Source: an uncultured delta proteobacterium (GTDB taxonomy: Bacteria > Desulfobacterota > Binatia > UBA9968). From it: a stretch of 64,000 nt of DNA. The position numbers were made by a program, and so were the translations under genes. The notes under the pieces are model-generated. The model was not told where the DNA came from and did not search any database. It saw only the letters and a program-made list of their open reading frames with translations. Below, piece by piece: positions 49,984 to 59,005 of this stretch; the stretch's first letter is position 1; each line of letters starts with the position of its first letter. Location: assembly GCA_963840855.1 (NCBI GenBank), contig CAWJBB010000041.1, positions 224,001 to 288,000 on the forward strand, read 5' to 3'.

Positions 49984-50074
49984 AACTCACGCTCGTGCTG
50001 GTGCGCAGCGAAAAAATGTATACCGCGATGAGTGATACTTGCAGTTTCAGAATTAATTCCCTCTCCTTCGTATG

Positions 50075-50206
50075 GAGACTGTATCGTAATTCACTCAGAG
50101 CCCTTCGACAGGCTCAGGGCGAACGGCTAAGTCATTGATTTTTCGTTTGTCGTCTTCCGTTCGTGGTGAGACTCTCGAATCATGAACGGTATTGCGACAC
50201 GGTCTC
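50075..50206. mobile_element. MITE/REP-like 132-bp element
   Basis: Imperfect 16-bp terminal inverted repeats (13/16) around CTTCGACAGGCTCAGGGCGAACGG...CCGTTCGTGGTGAG. Confidence 0.55.
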
Positions 50207-50258
50207 AAGGGCGAGGGAGAAAGAAAGACTCCCGGAGAAAACCAAGACTACGAACGCG

Positions 50259-51611
50259 ATGAAACCTCTAACAGGAACCATCCTTGTCGCGGATGACGAT
50301 CCCGACATTCGCGACATCCTACGAGACACCCTGAATAGCCTTGGCTCGCGAGTAACTACGGCGACCAATGGACAGGAGTGTCTGGACAAATTCGACAAGG
50401 ACGGTCCCGACCTTGTTCTGCTCGATATCGAAATGCCGATTAAAAGCGGACTCCAGGTGCTGCAGGAACTACGGCAACGCGGCAGTGAGATGACCGTCAT
50501 CATGATCACCGCTTACGGCACCATCGAGCGAGCCGTGCAGGCGATGAAGGAGGGCGCCTACGATTTCATAACCAAGCCCTTCGATCTCGATCATATCGCC
50601 CTGGTGGTTGAAAAAGCGTTGGAGCGAGAAAGGCTCAAACGTGGCCTCGAACACTTTGCCGAAGAGGCTGGCGAGCGCTACCGACTGGTGGGGGACTCGA
50701 GCCCGAAGATGCGCGAGGCTATCGATACCGCCAAGAAGGCCGCGGCGAGCAAATCGACGGTTTTGCTCCTTGGCGAAAGCGGTACGGGGAAAGAGGTTTT
50801 TGCACGGGCCATTCATGCCTGGAGCGAGAGAAAGAGCGAACCGTTCGTCGCGATCAACTGCGTCGGTCTCTCCAAGGATCTTCTTGAAAGCGAACTCTTC
50901 GGTCATGAGAAAGGAGCGTTTACAGGAGCGCATCAACTCAAGAAGGGCAAGATGGAACAGGCGAACGGAGGTACGGTTTTTCTCGATGAGGTTGGCGACA
51001 TATCGTCGGAACTGCAAACCAAACTGCTTAGATTCCTTCAGGAACGGGAGTTCGAGCGTGTCGGCGGCACACAGCCGATTCACGTCGATGTCCGAGTGAT
51101 TGCGGCCACCAACCGAGGCCTGACTAGCGCCATAAAAGATGGACGATTTCGTGAAGACCTCTATTATCGGCTTAACGTGATTCCTATCTCGCTTCCGCCG
51201 TTGAGAGAAAGAAGGGAAGACATCCCCGTCCTGGCAAAATATTTCTTGCGACGATTTGCGTTGGACACAAAGAAGAGCTTGACCGGGATGACAATTGAGA
51301 CAGAGGCAAGTCTCGTAGCTTACGAATGGCCGGGGAACGTCCGCGAGCTGGGGAACGTGATCGAGCGCGCTGCCGTGCTCGGAGAGGGGCCGGAGATTAC
51401 CATCGAAGATCTGCCGCCGCGGATAGGCGGTGGGGATATGGAAAGCGCCGCCGATGAATTTTCATATCGCCACGCCGTGGATGCCGCCAGAGCGGGCGTC
51501 ATTAAAAAAGCGCTCGCTCACACCAACGGGAATCGCGCCGCAGCCGCGAGAATGCTCGGCATGCACAAGACGCACTTATTGAATCTCATCAAGTCGCTTC
51601 GAATTGAATAG
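50259..51611 (+). CDS. Sigma-54-dependent response regulator (NtrC/AtoC family)
   Basis: REC, GESGTGKE, GAFTGA, C-terminal Fis-type HTH. Confidence 0.95.
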   Translation: MKPLTGTILVADDDPDIRDILRDTLNSLGSRVTTATNGQECLDKFDKDGPDLVLLDIEMPIKSGLQVLQELRQRGSEMTVIMITAYGTIERAVQAMKEGAYDFITKPFDLDHIALVVEKALERERLKRGLEHFAEEAGERYRLVGDSSPKMREAIDTAKKAAASKSTVLLLGESGTGKEVFARAIHAWSERKSEPFVAINCVGLSKDLLESELFGHEKGAFTGAHQLKKGKMEQANGGTVFLDEVGDISSELQTKLLRFLQEREFERVGGTQPIHVDVRVIAATNRGLTSAIKDGRFREDLYYRLNVIPISLPPLRERREDIPVLAKYFLRRFALDTKKSLTGMTIETEASLVAYEWPGNVRELGNVIERAAVLGEGPEITIEDLPPRIGGGDMESAADEFSYRHAVDAARAGVIKKALAHTNGNRAAAARMLGMHKTHLLNLIKSLRIE

Positions 51612-51757
51612 AGCCAAGCGCGTTGCGTTCCAACCGTCCCAGTAGTTCCAATCGTTCCGCGGTTCGGAATTTCGGAGGATTGCGGCCGAATAAGCATTGG
51701 AACGGCTGGAACGATTGGAATCTTTATAACAGTCCAATCGCTCCAGCGCGTTAAGAA

Positions 51758-52599
51758 CTATTTGACGGGATCGGGAACCCCTGGCGGTTTGGTCTTGGCA
51801 TCGTAGTATTCTTGCGAGAACTCGGGCTTGCGCCGCTCGGCGAATGCCGCTGATCCCTCGTCGTATGCTTTGCTCTGGCGCAGATGGGCGTAGAATTCGC
51901 GGTGGATCTCGAAGGCTTTTTCCCAGCCCTGGATCCCATAGAAAAGTTTGTCTTCGACGAATTCCATCGTGTGCTGGGCGATCAGGCGGCCGTTGCGATT
52001 GATCGTCGTGCACAGCTCGACACAATCGTCGATGAGCTTGTCCGGCTGGCAAATTTTTTGGACCAGCCCAAGACGAAAAGCGGTGTCCGCATCGATCATC
52101 TGGCCGGTGAGTGCTAACCAGTAGCCCCATCCAGTGGGGATCTGGCAGAGGTAATGCGGCCAGGCGGCCATGTGGGACCAGCGGACCTCGGAGCAGCCGA
52201 ATTTCGACGCCGGTACGCAGTAGCGAATATGGCAGGCCAGCGACAAACTGAAACCGCCGCCGACGGCGTAGCCGTTGATCGCCGCGATGATCGGTTTGTG
52301 CATCTGCAGCGATGCGGGTGTTGGAGTATGGTCGCGGCCCGGTGCGCGGGCCCTTTCATTTCGCCTTTGGCAAAAGCAAGATTCTCTTTGAGATCGCCGC
52401 CGGCGCAAAAAGCGTCTCCACTACCCGTGAGAATAATCGACCAGACGTCGTCATCATCCTTCGCCTTATGCCAGGCTTCATCGAGCGCCCAGTAAAGATC
52501 GCGACTGATGGCGTTCTTTTTCTCCGGACGGTTGAGACGAATAATCGCGATATGGGGATCGCGCTTTTCGTAAATACATAATGGTTGTGCTTCAGCCAT
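51758..52599 (-). CDS. Enoyl-CoA hydratase/isomerase (frameshift near 52330)
   Basis: LNRPEKKNA, FCAGGDL, KPIIAAINGYAVGGG. Confidence 0.88.
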
Positions 52600-52724
52600 T
52601 GGTCCTCCTTGTTTTATGGTCAGTAATCAGACGTCAGAGGTCAGAAATCAGAGGTCGACGTGTCAGAACAGAGGAGTTTGGTGTGCTCCGAACCGACCGC
52701 TGAGTGCTGATCGCTGATCTCTGG

Positions 52725-53933
52725 CTAATACAACACCTTCTCTTCATCCAGCTTCTTGATCTCTTCGTCCGAAAGCCCGAGCAAGTTCTTCGCGATCTCG
52801 TGAGTGTGCTCGCCCATAAGGGGCGCGAGGCCGCGCACTTTGCCGGGCGTGTCGGACAAGCGCAACGGCACGTTCTCCGTCACCATGTCGCCGGCTTCGG
52901 GTTCGGTCATATGGACCAGAAAGCCGGTGGCGGCGTATTGCTTGTCGTTCTTGAATTGGTCTTCGACGTCTTGCACCACGGCAGCGCAAACATCGATGCC
53001 TTGCACCATTTCCATGACTTCATAGGGGTCATGCTGCAGGGTCCAGCTCGTGACCCACTTATCCAGCTCGTCTTTGTGGCGCACCCGCTGAAAGTGGGTG
53101 GCGAACTTCGGATCGCCTTTCAACCCCGACTTTTCCAATAACTGGGCGAACCGTTTCCACTCCTCTTCGTTATACACCGCGATGACGCACCAGCGGTCTT
53201 TACCTTGGCATTGGTACGGTCCATAGGGAGCGGCGATCAAGCTCCGGTTTCCTTCCGGTTGGGGCTCCCGTTTGTTGACGTTATACTCCAGATACTTCGG
53301 CCCGAGGATCGACGCGCCAATTTCCTGCTGCGCGCTGTCGATCCACTGACCGCGGCCGCTTTTCTTGCGTTGCATCAGCGCCAGCACGACGCCGAACGCT
53401 CCTGTGACTCCGCCCATAAAATCGGGATGCTGCGTGCGCGGCTCGGCGGTGGCCGTCGTCGCTCCCGGATAATTCCACAAATAGGTGGTGGCCATGGTGT
53501 TGCCGACATTGGGGCCGTAGGTAAGATCCGCGGCATGGGGTCCGCTGCAGCCCATACCTTTTACCCGGATTAAAATTATTCGGGGGTTGATCTCTTTCAG
53601 GTCGGGCCAGTTCAGGCCCCATTTTTCGAGAATGCCCAGGCCGAAGTTCTCCACCAGCACGTCGGCCTTTTTCACCAGCTCATAGACGAGCTTGCGGCCT
53701 TTCTCCGTCTGCATGTTTACCGTGAAAGACTTCTTGCCGCGCTGAAGTTTCATGAAGTCGGGCTTCTTGTTCCAGAGCTTGGGGTCTTCGCCGCGGTGGC
53801 CGTCGCCGCGCAAGCGGGTTTCACAGCGAATGACTTCGGCGCCGAACTCGCACAGCACGCGCGCCACCGTCGGCCCAGCGGCGCCGGTGGTCAACTCGAC
53901 AACGCGTATTCCCTCTAATGGAAGCTTTGACAT
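52725..53933 (-). CDS. Class III CoA-transferase (catalytic-type subunit)
   Basis: PLEGIRVV, ADVLVENF, HPDFMGG containing the catalytic Asp. Confidence 0.92.
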   Translation of the reverse strand: MSKLPLEGIRVVELTTGAAGPTVARVLCEFGAEVIRCETRLRGDGHRGEDPKLWNKKPDFMKLQRGKKSFTVNMQTEKGRKLVYELVKKADVLVENFGLGILEKWGLNWPDLKEINPRIILIRVKGMGCSGPHAADLTYGPNVGNTMATTYLWNYPGATTATAEPRTQHPDFMGGVTGAFGVVLALMQRKKSGRGQWIDSAQQEIGASILGPKYLEYNVNKREPQPEGNRSLIAAPYGPYQCQGKDRWCVIAVYNEEEWKRFAQLLEKSGLKGDPKFATHFQRVRHKDELDKWVTSWTLQHDPYEVMEMVQGIDVCAAVVQDVEDQFKNDKQYAATGFLVHMTEPEAGDMVTENVPLRLSDTPGKVRGLAPLMGEHTHEIAKNLLGLSDEEIKKLDEEKVLY

Positions 53934-53971
53934 ATAGCTCCTTTCCTGCGAGTAAAAATGAGACGGAATTT

Positions 53972-54042
53972 TCACCACGAAGGCACGAAGGGTTCGGATA
54001 TTTATACTATTAAACTTCGTGAACTTCGTGCCTTCGTGGTGA
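53972..54042. repeat. REP-like hairpin with 19-bp perfect arms
   Basis: TCACCACGAAGGCACGAAG ... CTTCGTGCCTTCGTGGTGA. Confidence 0.8.
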
Positions 54043-54052
54043 GTTGTCCCGT

Positions 54053-55264
54053 TCAGATCACTCCCTCGGCGCGCAGCGCCACCAGATCATCGGCATTCAT
54101 ACCCAACTCGCCGCGATAGATTTCGTCGTTGTGCTCGCCGAGCAGCGGCGCGGGCCGAAAAATTCCGCCGGGGGTGTCCATCAGCCGGGGCACCACGCCG
54201 AACTGTTTGTACTTGCCGATCACCGGATGCTCCATGTCAACGAAAAGGCCACGCGCTTTGGTCTGTTCCATTTCAATGAATTCGCCCGCGGTGTTGATCG
54301 GGGTGACGGCGATGCGGCGCTTTTGCCCTTCGTCATACAATTCTTCCTTGGTGTGCCGCGCGCAGAACTCCGCGATGGCTTTGGTCACGATATCCGGATG
54401 CTGCCGCCGGTACGACATCTTTTCGAACTCCGGACCGGAGATCGACGGGGGCCGTCCCATCCAGTCTACGAGGCGCCGCCATTGTTCGACGGGAATGATG
54501 AAAATCCGCGCGTAACCATTCTTGGTCGCGTAGGGATCGTAAAGATCGGTCTCTTCGCCTTTGCGCGAAGCGCGCGCTGGTTTCTCGCCGGTGTAACCGT
54601 AGTTTGGGATAAAATAGCCGGCGATATGGCCGGCGCACTCGTGCATTGAGACATCGATGTACTGGCCGTCACCGCCTTCGAGCCGATGGTAGAGCGCCAC
54701 GGCGATACCGAATGCTCCGTAGGTCGAGGCCATACCGTAAGCGATCTCGCCGGGCGGCTGCAGCGGCGGCTCGCCGGGTTCTCCGGCGAGATACAGCAGA
54801 TTTCCCAGCGCGATACCGGCCATGTCGTTGGCTTTGTAATCACGCCACGGCCCGCGCTGCCCGAAAGGCGTGATAGCGGCGTAAATCAAACGGGGATACT
54901 GCGCGTGCAGGGTCTCGTAGCCGAGGCCCAACTTATCCATTGTTCCGGGACGCGCCGTCTCAATCACGACGTCGGCTTTACGCGCCAGTTCGAGAAACAG
55001 CGCGCGGCCGTCAGGTTTTTCGATGTCGAGGGTGATGCCGCGCTTGTTGGTATTGAAGTGCAGGAAGTAAAGACTCTTCTCGGCGTGCGGCGTGTCGTCT
55101 TTAAACGGCGGGATGCGCCGGGATTCGTCGCCGGACGGCTGCTCGATCTTGATCACGTCCGCGCCCATGTCGGCGAGAAGTTTGGTGCAGTGCAGTCCCA
55201 ACGGCCCCGCCAAGTCGAGCACCCGATAATCGGACAGCGGCCCTATCCTTTGTGCATTTGCCAT
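54053..55264 (-). CDS. Class III CoA-transferase (Asp-less subunit)
   Basis: YRVLDL, LADMGADVIKIE, NTNKRGITLD; the catalytic region reads EIAYGMAS. Confidence 0.92.
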   Translation of the reverse strand: MANAQRIGPLSDYRVLDLAGPLGLHCTKLLADMGADVIKIEQPSGDESRRIPPFKDDTPHAEKSLYFLHFNTNKRGITLDIEKPDGRALFLELARKADVVIETARPGTMDKLGLGYETLHAQYPRLIYAAITPFGQRGPWRDYKANDMAGIALGNLLYLAGEPGEPPLQPPGEIAYGMASTYGAFGIAVALYHRLEGGDGQYIDVSMHECAGHIAGYFIPNYGYTGEKPARASRKGEETDLYDPYATKNGYARIFIIPVEQWRRLVDWMGRPPSISGPEFEKMSYRRQHPDIVTKAIAEFCARHTKEELYDEGQKRRIAVTPINTAGEFIEMEQTKARGLFVDMEHPVIGKYKQFGVVPRLMDTPGGIFRPAPLLGEHNDEIYRGELGMNADDLVALRAEGVI

Positions 55265-55518
55265 CGTCAGTCCTTTTGAGCGTGATGCAAAGTTCAATTG
55301 GGTTTTATGTTAGATGGAACAACGGTGTCAAGCGCGCGTGTGCGCGGCGCTCTGATCTCACTGTGTAGTCAGCATCTAGCGGTAGGTTGAATAGGCGATT
55401 TTTGAAGCAAACAGGCCCTTCCTTACTTTCCCGTCGCGTGCTAGAAGGCAGCCAGTTCTGGCGTAATCCAGGTCGCACGCTAGGGAGACGCGCCACGCGA
55501 GAAAGGAGTAAGACCGGG

Positions 55519-56490
55519 ATGAAGCTAGTTTCCTGCCTGTTAGCTCTATTGGTTTTCCTGCCGGTTAAAGGGCTCTGCCAGGAGCGCATCAAGTTTCCCG
55601 TGGGGGTGTCTTCCAAGGTGCTCGGTTACGGGCATCTATGGGCGGCTTGGCGCCGCGGTTATTTCGAGCGTGAAGGTCTCGACGCGGAAGTCGTCGTGAT
55701 GCGCGGCACGGCGCCGGCCGTGCAGGCGCTGATCGCCGGGTCGATCAACGCGGGGCTATTGGCCAACGACGGGCCGATCACAGCGGTGGAGCAGGGGATG
55801 GATCTTTCGATGGTTGCCAGCGGCAGTAAACTCACCCATATGCTTCTCGGCGCGAAGAACTACAAGACCTGGGAAGATCTGCGCGGCGCGACCATCGGCT
55901 CTTCGACGCTGACTTCAGGGACGGCATTCGTTCTTCGAAGGGCATTGAAGCTCAAGGGCTTGGAGTACCCACGCGATTACAAGCTTCTCGCGGTCGGCGG
56001 CACGGGGCCATCCTTCGCCGCCATGAATGCCGGACAGATTGCCGCGGCAATGCAAGCAGTTCCCTATGCTTTTCAAGCCCAGGACGCGGGATTTAACGTG
56101 ATCGGCCGTATCTCGGATATTCTGCCGAATTATTTGCTGTCCGCCTATACCGTGAGACGTAGCTGGGCCGAAAAGAATCGCCCCACGGTGGTTCGTTTTC
56201 TGAAGTCGATTGTGCGCGCCAAGAAATGGTTCGAACAAGACCGCAAGGCCGCAACCGACTTTTTGGCGAAGGAATTTCAGCTGACCCCGAGCCTTGCCGA
56301 GAAAGGGCTCGACTATTATCTAACTACCCAGGCGTGGCACCCGGAGCTTGAAATCGAATTGGATGGTCTCAAGACGGTGATCGACATCTACGCCGAGCAA
56401 ACCGGAATGAAAGGGGCGATACCGAGCCCGGAAAAATACGTCGACGCGAGTTACCTGCGGCAGGCGCTGAAGGAACTCGGCCTGCGGTAA
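55519..56490 (+). CDS. NMT1/SsuA-like ABC substrate-binding protein
   Basis: Signal peptide; GYFEREGLD, DLRGATIG, VVRFLKS. Confidence 0.88.
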   Translation: MKLVSCLLALLVFLPVKGLCQERIKFPVGVSSKVLGYGHLWAAWRRGYFEREGLDAEVVVMRGTAPAVQALIAGSINAGLLANDGPITAVEQGMDLSMVASGSKLTHMLLGAKNYKTWEDLRGATIGSSTLTSGTAFVLRRALKLKGLEYPRDYKLLAVGGTGPSFAAMNAGQIAAAMQAVPYAFQAQDAGFNVIGRISDILPNYLLSAYTVRRSWAEKNRPTVVRFLKSIVRAKKWFEQDRKAATDFLAKEFQLTPSLAEKGLDYYLTTQAWHPELEIELDGLKTVIDIYAEQTGMKGAIPSPEKYVDASYLRQALKELGLR

Positions 56491-56491
56491 C

Positions 56492-56540
56492 GCCTGCGTG
56501 CTTGCCCTCCGAACGGGCAACCACATAGGGTTGCCCCGAC
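56492..56540 (-). repeat. GTAG-type REP remnant
   Basis: Minus strand GTCGGGGCAACCCTATGTGGTTGCCC..GGGCAAGCACGCAGGC. Confidence 0.55.
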
Positions 56541-56648
56541 AAATTTTGGCGACGCTGAACCACTACCCCGTTTATGGTTTGCTTGACAGTTTAGTTTCAG
56601 GCTTGCTATGGATGATAGGATAAATTTTTCTTTCGAGGAGACCACTAC

Positions 56649-57689
56649 ATGCTAGACGGAAAACTTAGGATCGCGCCTACCTGTTATCATATGCTTCATC
56701 AAGTGCCGGTTCGGGTCGCGCACGAAATGAATTTCTTTTACGATGAGGGACTCAAGACCGCCGATGGCTCCCTCGCCTACGAGTTGCTCACCGACTCCAT
56801 GGTGCCCTTCGGACTCGAAAAGCTCGGCATTTCGCAAGCGATGAAAGAGAAGTCGGTGGATATCGCCCTCGACGTCCAATCACGGACCATTTTCTATCAG
56901 CGGGCACGCGGCGCGGATATTTACATCCTCGCGGGTTGGCGCAATCAACATACGAACCTGTGGGTGGGGCCGCCGCATATAAAGTCCCTGCAGGAGCTGA
57001 AGGGCAAACGGGTGGGCATCAGCGACTATAACAGCATTCGCCATTGGGCGATCCAGATTCAATTGAAAAAAGCCGGTCTGGATCTGGAACGCGACGTCGA
57101 ATGGGTCAGGATCGGTGTCAATTCGAGCCTTCACGTTGATGCGATCCGTAGCGGTCGAGTCGAGTGCGCTCCGGTGCCGCCCTGGTACGCGGAGGACCTG
57201 ATCAAAGAGGGCTGCAACGTGCTCGTCTCGCCGGCGGATCAATATCCCGACGGGCGTCCCGAGCGGATCATTGCCGCTACAGGAAGAATCCTGGAAGAGC
57301 ACCCCGATATGGTCAAAGCTTTTCTCAAGGGGATGATCCGCTCCTATTGGTTTGTCCGGGACATGCCCAAGAACTACGAGTATATAGGAAATCTCGAAAA
57401 ACGCATTCGCCTCCTTAGTCCGGACCCCGAGGAACGTATCGTTCGTGAGCCACGCTCCCTCCGCGATCTGGAAGCAATGCCGTTTCCACTGGATGGAAAA
57501 GCGACGGGATTTGAAGACATGCTCAAAGAGGAGGAGCGGCTGGGCGAGCTTAATTACAATGTCCCGCCGATCAAAGAGGTTGCGGCGCAGGATCTGGTCG
57601 ACGAGGCTTATCAAGAACTGAGAGCGCGTCCGCAGTTGGCGGAGGAATACCAGCGGGTAAGCAAGATCGCCGAGAAGTGGGGATACTAG
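56649..57689 (+). CDS. NMT1/SsuA-like binding-protein-fold protein without signal peptide
   Basis: FFYDEGL, ELKGKRVGI, VKAFLKG. Confidence 0.8.
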   Translation: MLDGKLRIAPTCYHMLHQVPVRVAHEMNFFYDEGLKTADGSLAYELLTDSMVPFGLEKLGISQAMKEKSVDIALDVQSRTIFYQRARGADIYILAGWRNQHTNLWVGPPHIKSLQELKGKRVGISDYNSIRHWAIQIQLKKAGLDLERDVEWVRIGVNSSLHVDAIRSGRVECAPVPPWYAEDLIKEGCNVLVSPADQYPDGRPERIIAATGRILEEHPDMVKAFLKGMIRSYWFVRDMPKNYEYIGNLEKRIRLLSPDPEERIVREPRSLRDLEAMPFPLDGKATGFEDMLKEEERLGELNYNVPPIKEVAAQDLVDEAYQELRARPQLAEEYQRVSKIAEKWGY

Positions 57690-57721
57690 TGCCGCTGGAC
57701 AGGGTAGGACGAGAGGGTTTG

Positions 57722-58753
57722 ATGAAAACTAAAAGCTTGGCTGTACTCTTTTTAGTTATCGCCGCGCTTTTCGGCACGCGGCTGTACGCTCAAAGCGGCA
57801 AGAACTTCTACGAGGGAAAATCCATTTCGTATCTCGTCGGTTCAACCGCCGGTGGCGGAAGCGATTTGACGGCCAGGCTCGTCGCGCGGCACATGGAAAG
57901 GCACATCCCAGGTAAGCCGCGCATCGACGTCATCAATAAACCGGGCGCTGGCGGCATGATCGCCATGAACGAACTATACAACCTGAGAAAGCCCGACGGC
58001 CTGAGCATGGTTCCGATCAACGTAAGTGCCCTGTTTGCCATGGCTGCGGGTAATGAAGCGATCAAGTTTGACCTGCGGAAATTTATCTGGCTCGGGCAAG
58101 CCTTCGACGACGCGCAGACGCTTTACTTGCGCTCCTCGACTCCCTACACGAGCTTCGATGCGATCCGAAAAGCCAATAAAGAAGGCAAGCTGCCGAAAAT
58201 GGGCGCACAGTCCCTCGACCACACGAGCAACGTTGTCGTCAAGATCGTCGGTCACATTCTCGGCCTGGAGTTCCACGTTATTCCTGGTTATCCGGGCACG
58301 CCGCAGATCTTGCTCGACATCGAGCGGGGCGCCCTCGATGGCCGGGCACAAAGCACGGGCTCACTCTTCGCAACCAAACGGGAGTGGCTGAAAAGCGGGT
58401 ATGTGAAGGCGCTATTAACTTCCAAAAAAACCCGTGACCCGCGAACCCCCGAGCTGCCCAGCATTGAAGAACTCGCGCCGTCGGGGAGCAAAGGCTTACT
58501 AAACGCTCTTCATGCGGCGCAAAATATATCCAGATCTACCGCAGTGGCACCCGGGGTGCCGGCCGACCGGGTGAAAATCTTACGCGACGCCTTTAGCGCA
58601 ATGACTAAGGATGAGCTTTTCCTGAAAGAGGCCGAAAAGATGGGATTGGAAATCAGTTTGATTCGCGGTGAAGACATGAACCGGGACGTCGAAGAAACCA
58701 TCCGGGACAAGCGGCTCATGGAGATGTACCGGACGATTACTGAGGTGAAGTAG
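57722..58753 (+). CDS. TctC/Bug-family binding protein
   Basis: FYEGKSI, GGGSD, NKPGAGG, ERGALDG. Confidence 0.9.
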   Translation: MKTKSLAVLFLVIAALFGTRLYAQSGKNFYEGKSISYLVGSTAGGGSDLTARLVARHMERHIPGKPRIDVINKPGAGGMIAMNELYNLRKPDGLSMVPINVSALFAMAAGNEAIKFDLRKFIWLGQAFDDAQTLYLRSSTPYTSFDAIRKANKEGKLPKMGAQSLDHTSNVVVKIVGHILGLEFHVIPGYPGTPQILLDIERGALDGRAQSTGSLFATKREWLKSGYVKALLTSKKTRDPRTPELPSIEELAPSGSKGLLNALHAAQNISRSTAVAPGVPADRVKILRDAFSAMTKDELFLKEAEKMGLEISLIRGEDMNRDVEETIRDKRLMEMYRTITEVK

Positions 58754-58840
58754 AAACAGCGCAGCTTGCGGTCGGCGGAGTTCGGTATGTTTAAGGGGCG
58801 TTTTTGAACAGACGAATACCCAGACATACTCCAACCTCTG

Positions 58841-58897
58841 ACCATGCGCGACAAGCGGCTCATGGCTATGTACAAGACGATCACGACGGTAAAGTGA
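58841..58897 (+). pseudogene. 3'-end remnant of a paralog of the upstream TctC gene
   Basis: TMRDKRLMAMYKTITTVK* versus TIRDKRLMEMYRTITEVK* at 58697-58753. Confidence 0.8.
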
Positions 58898-59005
58898 AAT
58901 GTGTCACCAGCGATCAGTTTCAATTGCCAGGAAATTTAAATGAAGGAGGGAGGGGATACCAATCTCTGACGATTGACCATTTTCCCCTCCATATTTTTGT
59001 CCACT

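Noticed and set aside
50163-50258. Longer N-terminus of the sigma-54 regulator
   Set aside because: It is translated from the MITE-like repeat; the REC domain starts at 50259.
9107-52599. Widespread pseudogenisation or programmed frameshifting in split genes
   Set aside because: The breaks are scattered single-base indels with conserved motifs on both sides, more consistent with uncorrected long-read errors. This cannot be settled without reads.
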